A DNA stretch of 64,000 nucleotides, taken from Mobula hypostoma. Its lineage: Eukaryota. Both the position numbers and the translations under genes were made by a program. This document shows, piece after piece, positions 23,465 through 35,999 of the stretch; the first letter of the stretch is position 1; every line of letters begins with the position of its first letter. The notes beneath the pieces were generated by a model. It worked only from the letters and a program-made list of their open reading frames with translations, was not told the origin of the DNA and did not search any database. The stretch covers positions 107,510,001 through 107,574,000 of the forward strand of contig NC_086097.1 of NCBI RefSeq assembly GCF_963921235.1, read 5' to 3'.

Positions 23465-26400
23465 CAGCCCCCACGACCCCCCCCAGCCCCCACCACCCCC
23501 CAGCCCCCACGACCCCCCCAGCCCCCACGACCCCCCCAGCCCCCACCACCCCCCCAGCCCCTACGACCCCCCCAGCCCCTACGACCCCCCCAGCCCCCAC
23601 CACCCCCCCCAGCCCCCACCACCCCCCCAGCCCCCACGAACCCCCCCAGCCCCCACGAACCCCCCCAGCCCCCACCACCCCCCCCAGCCGCCACCACCCC
23701 CCCCAGCCCCCACCCCCCCCAGCCCCCACCACCCCCCCAGCCCCCACGACCCCCCCCAGCCCCCACGAACCCCCCCCAGCCCCCACGACCCCCCCAGCCC
23801 CCACGACCCCCCCCAGCCCCCACCACCCCCCCCAGCCCCCACCACCCCCCCAGCCCCCACGAACCCCCCCAGCCCCCACCACCCCCCCCAGCCCCCACGA
23901 CCTCCCCAGCCCCCACGACCCCCCCAGCCCCCACGAACCCCCCAGCCCCTACGACCCCCCCCAGCCCCCACCACCCCCCCAGCCCCCACGACCCCCCCAG
24001 CCCCCACGACCCCCCCAGCCCCTACGACCCCCCCCAGCCCCCACCACCCCCCCCAGCCCCCACCACCCCCCCAGCCCCCACCACCCCCCCCAGCCCCCAC
24101 GAACCCCCCCAGCCCCCACCACCCCCCCCAGCCCCCACGACCTCCCCAGCCCCCACGACCCCCCCAGCCCCTACGACCCCCCCCAGCCCCCACCACCCCC
24201 CCAGCCCCCACCACCCCCCCAGCCCCCACCACCCCCCCAGCCCCCACCACCCCCCCCAGCCCCTACGACCCCCCCCAGCCCCCACGACCCCCCCAGCCCC
24301 TACGACCCCCCCCAGCCCCTACGACCCCCCCCAGCCCCCACCACCCCCCCAGCCCCTACCACCCCCCCAGCCCCCACCACCCCCCCAGCCCCCACGAACC
24401 CCCCCCAGCCCCCACGAACCCCCCCAGCCCCCACGACCCCCCCAGCCCCCACGACCCCCCCCAGCCCCCACGACCCCCCCAGCCCCCACCACCCCCCCCA
24501 GCCCCCACCACCCCCCCCAGCCCCCACCACCCCCCCCAGCCCCCACGACCCCCCCAGCCCCCACGACCCCCCCAGCCCCCACGACCCCCCCAGCCCCTAC
24601 GACCCCCCCAGCCCCCACGAACCCCCCCAGCCCCTACGACCCCCCCAGCCCCCACCACCCCCCCAGCCCCTACGACCCCCCCCAGCCCCCACCACCCCCC
24701 CCAGCCCCTACGACCCCCCCAGCCCCCACGACCCCCTCCAGCCCCCACCACCCCCCCAGCCCCCACGACCCCCCCCAGCCCCCACCACCCCCCCCAGCCC
24801 CCACCACCCCCCCAGCCCCCACGAACCCCCCCAGCCCCCACGAACCCCCCCAGCCCCCACCACCCCCCCAGCCCCCACCACCCCCCCCCAGCCCCCACCC
24901 CCCCCAGCCCCCACCCCCCCCAGCCCCCACCACCCCCCCAGCCCCCACCACCCCCCCAGCCCCCACGACCCCCCCCAGCCCCCACCACCCCCCCAGCCCC
25001 CACCACCCCCCCAGCCCCCATGAACCCCCCCCAGCCCCCACGACCCCCCCAGCCCCCACGACCCCCCCAGCCCCCACGACCCCCCCAGCCCCCACGACCC
25101 CCCCAGCCCCCACCACCCCCCCAGCCCCCACGAACCCCCCCAGCCCCCACCACCCCCCCAAGCCCCCACGACCTCCCCAGCCCCCACGACCTCCCCAGCC
25201 CCCACGACCCCCCCAGCCCCCACGAACCCCCCAGCCCCTACGACCCCCCCCAGCCCCCACCACCCCCCCAGCCCCCACGACCCCCCCAGCCCCTACGACC
25301 CCCCCCAGCCCCCACCACCCCCCCCAGCCCCCACGACCCCCCCCAGCCCCCACCACCCCCCCAGCCCCCACCACCCCCCCAGCCCCCACCACCCCCCCAG
25401 CCCCCACCACCCCCCCAGCCCCCACCACCCCCCAGCCCCTACGACCCCCCCAGCCCCTACGACCCCCCCCAGCCCCCACCACCCCCCCAGCCCCTACGAC
25501 CCCCCCCAGCCCCCACCACCCCCCCAGCCCCCACGACCCCCCCCAGCCCCTACGACCCCCCCAGCCCCCACGACCCCCCCAGCCCCCACGACCCCCCCAG
25601 CCCCCACCACCCCCCCCAGCCCCCACCACCCCCCCAGCCCCCACCACCCCCCCCAGCCCCCACCACCCCCCCAGCCCCCACCACCCCCCCCAGCCCCCAC
25701 GACCCCCCCAGCCCCTACGACCCCCCCCAGCCCCCACGAACCCCCCCAGCCCCCACGACCCCCCCCAGCCCCCACCACCCCCCAGCCCCTACGACCCCCC
25801 CCAGCCCCCACCACTCCCCCAGCCCCTACGACCCCCCCAGCCCCCACGACCCCCCCAGCCCCCACCACCCCCCCAGCCCCCACCACCCCCCCAGCCCCCA
25901 CCACCCCCCCAGCCCCCACCACCCCCCCCAGCCCCCACGACCTCCCCAGCCCCCACGACCCCCCCAGCCCCTACGACCCCCCCCAGCCCCCACGACCCCC
26001 CCCAGCCCCCACCACCCCCCCAGCCCCCACCACCCCCCCCCCCCCCCCAGCCCCCACCACCCCCCCAGCCCCCACCACCCCCCCCAGCCCCTACGACCCC
26101 CCCCAGCCCCCACGACCCCCCCAGCCCCCACGACCCCCCCCAGCCCCTACGACCCCCCCCAGCCCCCACCACCCCCCCAGCCCCTACGACCCCCCCCAGC
26201 CCCCACGACCCCCCCAGCCCCCACGACCCCCCCAGCCCCCACGACCCCCCCCAGCCCCTACGACCCCCCCCAGCCCCCACCACCCCCCCAGCCCCTACGA
26301 CCCCCCCCAGCCCCCACCACCCCCCCAGCCCCCACGACCCCCCCCAGCCCCCACGACCCCCCCAGCCCCTACGACCCCCCCAGCCCCCACGACCCCCCCA

Positions 26401-27335
26401 GCCCCCACGACCCCCCCCAGCCCCCACCACCCCCCCAGCCCCCACCACCCCCCCCAGCCCCCACCACCCCCCCAGCCCCCACCACCCCCCCCAGCCCCCA
26501 CGACCCCCCCAGCCCCTACGACCCCCCCCAGCCCCCACGAACCCCCCCAGCCCCCACGACCCCCCCCAGCCCCCACCACCCCCCAGCCCCTACGACCCCC
26601 CCCAGCCCCCACCACCCCCCCAGCCCCTACGACCCCCCCCAGCCCCCACCACCCCCCCAGCCCCCACCACCCCCCCCAGCCCCCACGACCTCCCCAGCCC
26701 CCACGACCCCCCCAGCCCCTACGACCCCCCCCCAGCCCCCACGACCCCCCCCAGCCCCCACGACCCCCCCAGCCCCCACGACCCCCCCAGCCCCCACCAC
26801 CCCCCCCAGCCCCCACCACCCCCCCAGCCCCCACGACCCCCCCAGCCCCCACCACCCCCCCCAGCCCCCACGACCCCCCCCAGCCCCCACCACCCCCCCA
26901 GCCCCCACCACCCCCCCCAGCCCCCACGACCCCCCCCAGCCCCCACGACCCCCCAGCCCCCACGACCCCCCCAGCCCCTACGACCCCCCCCAGCCCCCAC
27001 CACCCCCCCAGCCCCCACCACCCCCCCCAGCCCCCACGACCCCCCCAGCCCCCACGACCCCCCCAGCCCCCACGACCCCCCCCAGCCCCTACGACCCCCC
27101 CCAGCCCCCACCACCCCCCCAGCCCCCACCACCCCCCCCAGCCCCACGACCCCCCCAGCCCCCACGAACCCCCCCAGCCCCCACGACCCCCCCCAGCCCC
27201 CACCACACCCCCAGCCCCTACGACCCCCCCAGCCCCCACCACCCCCCCCAGCCCCCACGACCCCCTCCAGCCCCCACGACCCCCTCCAGCCCCCACGACC
27301 CCCCCCAGCCCCCACCCCCCCCAGCCCCCACCACC
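23465..27335 (+). repeat. ~3.9 kb C-rich minisatellite, 18-21-bp unit CAGCCCC(C/T)AC(G/C)ACCCCCC(C)
   Basis: About 200 tandem units (length divided by unit size) with variable C-runs; ORFs in multiple frames on both strands. Confidence 0.97.
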
Positions 27336-27494
27336 TACACATGAAGAACTTACAGATCACCCACCTGCCAATCAGCACAATAAAAAAATGCCAAAAATTG
27401 AAGGAGGAGTGTATAGTCCAATCACATAAACCTCAGAACATCGAACAGTTCATCCGTGACTCAGAACTCACACTTGGTTCAAACAGTGGCCTCT

Positions 27495-27675
27495 GCTGGG
27501 AGCGATCGCTGACCCTCTGGCCTCTGTTGGGAGCGATCACTGACCCTCTGGCCTATATTGGGAGTGATCGCTGATCCTCTGGCCCCATTGGGACCAATCG
27601 CTGACCCCTTGGCCCTGTTGTGAGCAATCACTGACCCTCTGGCCTCCATTGGGAGCGATCACTGACCCTCTGGCC
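27495..27675 (+). repeat. ~30-bp tandem repeat GGAGCGATCACTGACCCTCTGGCC...
   Basis: About six imperfect copies. Confidence 0.85.
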
Positions 27676-28029
27676 GAACACCTTCACCTCTGTGCTTCAA
27701 TCTTCTTTGACGCTTTGAGGTGAATTTGCTCATGACACCACGTCCCATCTTTGGTTTTGTTCCATGAGTCAGCTTGTGTTCTTTGTCCTTTTTGGGTTCT
27801 CATCTCTGATCTCCACGAGGTTGCTTTCTGGACATAGCACCACACTGGATCCTTCAGTCAAGATCCAAACAATACATCACAGGCAGCAACAGTTTCTATA
27901 ACACAAACAATACAAAAAGAACAAGCAGAAGGTGTAGAAAATGATTTAAAAGATTTGCTGTCTGAAAGATGTCATCCGAGGAATCATTGTTCACTGGTGC
28001 CATCTTGACCAGCTCACCCTTCAGGACAT

Positions 28030-28450
28030 GGGGACCTGAGATATAGGGAAAGGCTGAATAGGTCAGGACTTCATTTCCTAGAGGTAGGAAAATTAGGGAG
28101 ATTTGAAAGAGGTATACAAAATTTGGTGGGTATAGATAGGATAAATGCAAGCAGGCTTTTTCCACTGAAGTTGGGTGGGTCTACAAGTAGAGATCATGGG
28201 TTAAGGGTGGAAGGTGAAACGTTTAAGGGAAACTTGAGGGGGAATTTCTTCACTCAGTAGGTCGTGAGAGTGTGGAATGAACTGCTTGCGGAAGTGGTTT
28301 GATTTCAACATTTAAGAGACATCTGGATGGGTACATAGATGGGAGGGCTATGGCCTATGAACAGGTCAATGAGACTAGGCAGATTAATAGTTTGTCACAG
28401 GCTAGATGGGCAAAGGGCCTGTTTCTGTGCTGTAGTGTTCTATCACTCTA
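28030..28450 (+). mobile_element. CR1 3' fragment
   Basis: Degenerate match to CR1 C-terminus (TTCTTCACTCAG..GTCGTGAGAGTGTGGAATGA) and 3' UTR. Confidence 0.7.
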
Positions 28451-29909
28451 TCAATATCTGATTCCATCACATTCTCCGGCAAAAACTGCCAATACCCACC
28501 ATTCTCTGCATAAAATATCCCCTTATAGTCCTCATGTCCCCTTTAAAACTCCTTCCTTTCACCTTAAACCTCTGCCCTCTTGAATCCCTCACCCAGGGAA
28601 AAATTCTGAACATGTACTCTATTTACACTTATATACACCGATCAGGTAACCTCTCAGCCTCCCTTGCTCTATCAAATCTCTCCCCTTAATTAAAGCCCTT
28701 CCTTCCAGGCAAAAGCTTGATAAATCTCCTCTGCCTTCTCTCTAGCACAATCAGATTCTTTGTATCATGTGACAACCAGAATTGCATATGTACTCCAAGT
28801 ATGGTCTAACCATTGGTTTGTAAAGTTACAATGTCCCAACTTATTTATTTCATACTCCAAACTTTGAAAAAAAAGCCCTCTTCACCACCTTATCAACCTG
28901 TGTTGCCACTTTCAAGTTACTATAGACATAAATCCCAAAGTCATTACAGTTCATCAGCATATCTCAGTGCATTATCACACTATACATTCTAGCTCTATTT
29001 GACTTCCCAAAATGCATCACTTTGCACTTGTTGGGAGCACATTCTGTCCAACATTACAACTGTATCTATATTGTGCATTTTCTGTAGGCAATCTTCCTTT
29101 GTCTTCACAACACCAACAAATTTTCATGTCATCAGCGCACTTACTAATTATTCTTCCAGACTTGTAGATATAAACAGAAAATAAATTGAAAGCACAGCTT
29201 AAATAAATACTCAGAAGATATCAGCAACACTCCAATGAAAAAGACAACACAAAAGATGAAATGAGACATAATACTTCAACAATAAAATAGTACATGCTAG
29301 ACAACCGACAGAGAAGAATGTTTCAAGCACTTGACAAGTCAAGAGGACAGAATTGATGTCTTTAGTTAATAGTCCCTCATTAGCCTGAGGAAAATGACAA
29401 AACGCATGTTAAACTAGAGATAGAGGGAGAATGAGGACAGCAGAGTGAATCATTGTGATAGGGGACAGATGAAAGTTGTTAAGGATACAATTACTCTCAA
29501 AACTGACAATCAGATATAAAAACATAACGGAAGTTACCACCACATCTGTTGGGAGAGATGCCTTTGTGAGCAGAGAGCTGCAAGTTCGGTTAGGGATTCA
29601 TAGATCTGGAGATGTTAAGAGAGTAGAAGAATTCCAGCTGGAATGTGAATTCAGCAGACAGTTCACAGCATGAGGGATATGAAGGGTCTCGGCCCGAAAT
29701 GTCAGCTGGTAACACTTTTCCATATATGCCGCCCAGCCTGTTGAGTTCCTCTAGCATCTTGTGTGTGTGTTACCTAGATCTCTGGTGCTGTGAGGCAACA
29801 GCACTAGAGCCATAGATTCATAAAGCAATACTTCATGCATACAGGCCACTCAGTCCAATCAAGCCTGCTGAGTGAAAATGACTGTTCTGATGGACCTATC
29901 ATGCTGTCC

Positions 29910-30180
29910 TCACGCACCACAAAGCCGTGTGCTCAGCTCCCTGCTCTACTCACTTTATGCTTATGACTCTGAGGTTCCAATGCCATGTTTAAATTTGCTG
30001 ATGAGACCACTGTTGTTGGCCAAATCAAAGGTGGTGACAACTCGACATATAGGAGGGAGATTGAAAATCTGGCTGAATACCATAACAACAATCTCTCACT
30101 CAACCCAGCAAAACCAATGAGCCTATTATTGACTACAGGAGGAAGAAACCAGAGGTCCATGAGCCAATGTTCATCGGCAG
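29910..30180 (+). mobile_element. Rex1/Babar-like RT fragment
   Basis: APQSRVLSSLLYSLYAYD and KFADETTVVGQIKGGDNSTYRREIENL. Confidence 0.7.
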
Positions 30181-30189
30181 TCTTCAATC

Positions 30190-32793
30190 ATCATGAGCAC
30201 TTGGTTGTTGTAGAGGCAATGCAAGGTTTTAAAAAAAAGCCCAGGGCTATTAGGAATTTTTCAGCAGGCTTCAATCATCAAGAGCATTTATTTCTCAGAG
30301 GGGAGGGGCAAGGTTTAAAAAGAGTTTAAGATGCTCTGGAACTTTTCAGTAGGCTTCAATCATTATTATCTATTCGGCACTTGGCAAAGGCAAATAAAAA
30401 AAAGTGAAGTGTAAGTAGAGTGACTGTTGCGTGAGTGGACCAGTGTTAGAGTGGTCAGTTTCGGACTTTGGTTCAAGAGGCTTGGGAGACAAAAGGCAAA
30501 GGCTCTGTTTCTATTAAGTTGTTTTTTTCTTCTTTCTCAATTAGTGCATAGGGAGTGCAGTGAGAATGGGTCCATGGTCAGTGGTTGTTCTTCAGGTGAG
30601 ATGTGGGAACTCTGGTAAACCACCAGTCTCCCTGAAAACTACATTTGCATGAGATGTGACCAACTGCAGCTCCTTACAAACAATATTAGGGAACTGGAGC
30701 TGCAGCTCACATGGGAGAATGAGGAGGTGGTAGATAAGAGCTACAGGGAGGTAGTCACCCCATGTTGCAGGAGGCAGGTGGCTGAGTGACTGTCATAAGA
30801 GGGAAAAAGAAAAGACATCCAGTGCAGAGTACCCCTGTGGCTGTTCCCCTCAAAAATAAGTACACCGTTTTGGGTACTGTTGAGGGGGTACCCTACTAGG
30901 GAAAAGCTACAATGACTGGCTCTCTGGCACTGAGTCTTGCCCTGTGGCTCAGAGGGGAAGGGAGGAGAAGAGGACTGCAGTAGTGATAGGGGATTCCATA
31001 CTTAGAAGAGCAGACAGAAGATTCTGTGGACATTTGCCTCCCAGGTTCCAGGGTCAAGGACCACAACATTCTAAATGAGGAGGATGAATAGCTGGAAGTC
31101 ATGGGACATATTGGTAAAAGTGACATTGGCAGGAAAAGGGATGCGGTCCTGAAGAGAGAATAAAGGGAATTAGGTGGAAATCTGAAAAGCAGGACCTCCA
31201 GAGTATTGCTGCCTGTGCCATGTCCCAGTGAGGGTAAACATAAGATAACCTGGCACATGAATATATGACTGAGAAATTTGCAGCTTTCAGATTTCTGAAT
31301 GATTGCAGTCTCTTCTCAGGAAGGGATGACCTGTACAAAAAGAATGGGTTATACACAAACTCAAGGGGAACCAATATTCCTGTAGGCAGTTTTGCTAGAG
31401 CTGTTGAGGAGGGTTTAAATTAATTTGGCAGGAGGATGGGAAACAGAATGACAGAGATGAGGATGGGGCAGTTGGTATACAATTAGATGTAGTGTGTAGT
31501 GAGGCAGTGAGGAAAGATGGGCAGATGATAGGGCAACATTGCAGTCAGTGGGATAAGTTAAAGTGTAACATGGGGGCAAAATCAAAATAGGTGATGAATA
31601 CAGGACCAAAGGTAATAAATTTGAATGCATGCATTATCCAGTGTTGGATTCTAATGTTTTGATCCAAGGTTCTTTCAGAACTCAGGAAAAAGGCAAAAAA
31701 CTTGTTGCTTCATGATCATTTTATTAAGAGTTGATGGGACAAGGAAAATTGAAACAAACTGTGATAGAGGTCTACTAACAAAAGAAAGAGGCCAGAAAAC
31801 TAGGGTGGTGCTGCTTTGTGGTCGGCTATCTTTTTTACTACAGAGAAAAGGAAAATTCCATTTAAATTTGTAGATAGAGTTAACCAATAAGAAAGCACTT
31901 ATTCAAATACTGAAGTACAAAGAAGCCTCTAGAGCTTTCCAGAATAATACTTTGTATAATATCTAGAGGCATGTTAAACTTGCATATACATAATATTATG
32001 ACCACGAGGAAGCATACTAGACAGTTATTTGTATACTGAAAGATTCAAAGTACATATATTATCAAAGTATGTATGCAGTATACAACTCTGAGATTCTTTA
32101 CCCACAGACAGTCACGAAAGAAAGAAGAACTTCTTAAAATAATAATTGTTGTAAATAATTAATTGTTGAACTGGAAAGAAAATATCAATTAAGCATTCTA
32201 ATCTAAGAATTAACAGAATAAGGTAAATGATATTCCAGTGCAATTAGACATTGGGAGGTGTGACAATATCATTGGAAGGCATCACTGAGTTGTGGCAAAA
32301 AGAAGAATATAGTTGAGAGCATAACATTGTATCAATATGACAGGCAGGTAGGCAGAGAGGGTGGGTGGCTCGGTGGGTAAAAGATGAAATCAAATCCTTT
32401 AAAAAAGGTGACATTAGATCAGAAGATGTAAAATCCTTATGGGCAGAGTTAAGAAACTGCAAGAATACAAAGACCCTAATGGGAGTTATACACTGGCCTC
32501 TGAACAGTAGCCAGGGTGTGAGTACAAATTACAATGGGAAATAGAAAAGGCATGCAATATTACGATAGTGGTGGGGGATTTCAATATACAGGTAGATTGG
32601 GAAAATCAGATTGGTGCTGGATCCCAGGAGATGGAATTTATAAAATGTCTATGAGTTGGCTTTTTAGAGCACCTTGTGGTTGAGCTCACTAGGGGAAAGG
32701 CAATTCTAGATTGAGAGTTGTGGAATGAATCAGGTTTGATTAGGGAGCTTAAGGTAAAGGAACTGTTAGAAGACGGTGATTAGAATATGTTAG
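30190..32793 (+). mobile_element. Degenerate CR1 5' portion (ORF1 remnant and start of EN), interrupted; resumes at 36400
   Basis: ORF1-like sequence 30565-31420 (CAGCTCCTTAC...GAACTGGAGCTGCAGCTC; GATGACCTGTACAAAAAG); EN remnant 32240-32793 including GGGGATTTCAAT. Confidence 0.75.
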
Positions 32794-32991
32794 TGGTCTA
32801 TCTGGCCTACAGTATAATAAGGGACTACTTTATGTTGTAGGGACACGTCGTCGCATGAGCTATTAGGCACATATCGATCTGTTCGTTTGTGCTGGGTTCA
32901 GTTTCTGCCAGTAAAGAACCATGAACCTTAGCTCCCATCTCCAGCATTTTTATTAATAGCATTGTTGTGTAACCAGGCCACAAACACAACA
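32794..32991 (+). repeat. 5' LTR (~200 bp), followed by PBS-like TGGGCGACGAGG
   Basis: TGGTCTATCTGGCCTACAG...CAGGCCACAAACACAACA; repeated at 36000-36399. Confidence 0.88.
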
Positions 32992-33312
32992 AATGGGCGA
33001 CGAGGTTAATGAACCTACATCGTATTGGAATGATAATGACACTCAGAGGAACAGCCCAAGAAGCGAGCTAAGGAAGCGGGAGCACAGACGGTATCAGGAA
33101 TGTCGAGAGACCAAGAGGCACAGTCGGAGCTGCAGCACGTCCAGGCGAGACCACAGCCGGCACTGAACTCCAGGGCTGGGGGTCTGCCTGCCCCAGAAGG
33201 GAGATAAAAAGGAGCAACACATGCACATCTAGACGAAGTGCACTCGTGACGCTAGCAAAAGGTTACGTGAGTCCAAAAAAAGGGAGAACAGGGCTAAATT
33301 AACGTAACAAAG

Positions 33313-34494
33313 ATGGCGATGACTGGAACCATCACAGCATTTGATAGCAGCATTGAAGACTGGGCAATTTACATTGAAAGAGTGGAGTTAGATTGTGATG
33401 CTAACGATGTTAATGATGAAAAGAAAGCCAGTATTTTACTTAATATTATGGGAGCAAAAACATATGGACTGCTACGGAGTTTGTTAATCTCTGAAAAGCC
33501 AGCTGACAAAATGTTCAAGCAAATAGTAGACACTCTCCAACAGCATTTTACAATCGGAATCAGAGCAAAAATGAAAGCATTTCTGAATATTGAGCTGGAT
33601 TGCACAAATTATCCAAACATTTGTCAATTTGGAGCAGGTCTATCGGACGCATTGAGGGACAGGTTAGTGTGTGGCAAGCGCTGTGAAACCACACAGAAGA
33701 AGCTTCTGTGTGAAAGGGACCTTACATTAGAGGAGGTGCTGAACATTGCAATATCAACGGAAACAGCCGCAAGGGGTGCTTCCAGGATACAACAAAAATC
33801 TCTGGAATATACCACAAATAAAATGCAACTGAACGGAAATGAAGGAAAGAAATGTTACCATTGTGGGAACAGGTCACATAACCCGGATGACTGTTGGATT
33901 AAAGACAAAGAATGCAGGAACTGTGGCAAACAGGGCCACATTGGCAGAGTATGCAAAGCTAGTCAACAGCAGAAAAAGGGCAAAATACAGAGAAACAAGA
34001 AACCCCAGAAAGGAAAATACAACAAGGTACACAAAATGAAAGAAGGCAGTTCTGATGAAAGCAGCTCTGACGAAAACGACTCCGACGAAAGTGAATTGTC
34101 TTGTTGGCAACTTCACAGCATGAAAGAGACAGATGATCGAAGAGTAATATGGATCACTCCACAAGTGGCGGGTGTGAGACTGAAAATGGAGTTGGACACA
34201 GGCTCAGCTTTAACAGTGATCCCTGTGCACAACTACAAATGACTGTTTTCGCATATACCTCTGAAACGAACTAAACTTCTACTAAAGACTTACACAGGAC
34301 AGAAAGTGCATCCCGAAGGCAAAATTAAAGTGGTAGTAACCTACGGAGATAAAACACAGCAACTGAACCTCTATGTACTGAAAAACGGAGGACTACTGTT
34401 GCTGGGACGTGAATGGCTCAGGAAAATCCAGTTGGATTGGCACACCATCAAGGCACTCGGTGTGTCGACAAAGGAGGGCAGCTCGGTGGGTAAG
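33313..34494 (+). pseudogene. Gypsy gag-protease, one in-frame TGA at 34240 plus a locally shifted segment near 33550-33620
   Basis: FDSSIEDWAIYIERVE, LRDRLVCG, two zinc knuckles (CYHCGNRSHNPDDC, CRNCGKQGHIGRVC), protease LKMELDTGSALTVI...LLGREWL. Confidence 0.9.
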
Positions 34495-35424
34495 ATGTCC
34501 GCAGCTCTCCTCTCACCAATTGCCGACTAATACAACAACGAGGAGGAGCTAGACAGTGTCGATGATGAGGACGAACGCAGTATCCGTGGCTGCGACTCAG
34601 ATGAAGATACAGAGGATGCAAGGAAGACAGATATTGCCAAAAAGCAGGATGATGAATACTACCTGGAAGTAAAAGAGCAGATGTACCAGGAGAAATTGAC
34701 ATCTCTCAAAAGACAGCTACAGCAGTTACAGGAAGGCACTTTGCAGGAATATCAGAAAAAGATGAAGAAACTAGATCAACAATACAAGGAAAGACTACGA
34801 AATGCAGAGCTTTTTCTGCAACTGGAGACAGAACAAGTGGAAAGGAATTATATTAAAGAGAAGAAAGCAGCAGTGAAGGAATTTGAAGATCAAAAGATAG
34901 AGTTAGAAGAAAAAGATGATTGAGAATGAGAGGCTAACAATGGAACTCACATGAGATTCTATGGCGGTAAAGCCAGTAACGACTAGGAAACTAAGGAGAA
35001 GACCTAATGACCCTGCTCCAATTACAGACAAAAGACGAAAACCTGCACCTACGCAGTTAAATTACTTGTTAACAGATGAACAGATAATGGAAGATCCGCA
35101 AACTCTGAATAAGCTTAAAATGCCGAAAAGACCAGCATCTCTGTCTCTCCTGAACATCTTCCCAGCACTCCTGCTGAATCACCAGCACAAAGATATGAAG
35201 CACGAATAGAAGCTGGAAAGTTATATTATGTTAAGAAATGGTATCATAAAGGTCAGGCTATCTATTTGGAATCTAAGGAGAATACGAAGATTGGCTGTGT
35301 AATTAGCTCAGTTGGAACAAATGAGATATGGGTAAGGAAGACAAATGATAGCACAAAGATGCGTATATATCTAGGACAGCGGCAAATAGGAATCTTCATT
35401 ATACAGAGACGATCTGCTGCCTAG
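34495..35424 (+). pseudogene. SUDS3: Processed (intronless) pseudogene of SIN3-HDAC corepressor subunit SDS3
   Basis: MSAALLSP...DEDTEDA...[73 protein letters not shown]...[11 protein letters not shown]...[14 protein letters not shown]...[17 protein letters not shown]...RRSAA*; colinear with recalled SUDS3 from start to stop; stops at 34528 and ~34952, frameshifts near 34905 and 35145. Confidence 0.95.
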
Positions 35425-35999
35425 AATTCTTAGCAAGTTGGAAGCGCACATCTCTTAACTTCCTATGCTCAGAGGTCAACTTTTCATGACCTTTATATGG
35501 AAATCTGTATTAAAACAAACAAGTTTATTGTCAGACTGAAGAACACACTATTTAAAGACACTTTTCAATGCCATCTCAGTTTTGATGATTGTACATATCT
35601 TTAAGAATAAGATTCACCTTTTCACGGATTTCACTTTGCTTTCGTCATCTTTGCAAGATGGAGGTGACTACTCTTTATGGCTGGAACCTGCCAATTTGAG
35701 GATTGTTCAATTTATTCCAGTCAATAGAGGGCAGACCTATTTGCTTCAGTGTCGGACAATCTAGAGAAGACACCCCCCTCCCCCCAAGACTTGAGTTATA
35801 AATGGGTCTTAGACCAAAAGTAAAAAAAAAAGGCTTGTTATAATTCGATATTATTACGTGACTTTGTTATAATTTGATATTATTAAGTTACTAAGTAAAC
35901 AAATGGTAGGCTTTTGTATGTTAAGGGTAGACATATTTGATTAGCATAGTGACCCAGTAAAAAAAAAGTTGATACACTATTAAAATAAAAGGGGAGGAG

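Noticed and set aside
23429..27574. 1381-aa Pro-rich ORF (extensin/mucin-like) and antisense Gly/Trp-rich ORFs
   Set aside because: Product of a nearly stop-free minisatellite; unit length varies 18-21 bp so frame is not conserved, and ORFs occur in many frames on both strands.
27495..27675. Regularly spaced ~30-bp repeats as a possible CRISPR array
   Set aside because: Units are contiguous with no unique spacers, there are no cas genes, and the context is vertebrate.
34495..35424. Functional SUDS3 gene
   Set aside because: No introns, two premature stops, a deletion of the KENLIAEL-equivalent region and frameshifts.
35815..35832. A-run as the polyA tail of the SUDS3 retrocopy
   Set aside because: Short, with no upstream AATAAA and no matching TSD seen; may be internal UTR sequence and needs the parental mRNA to decide.
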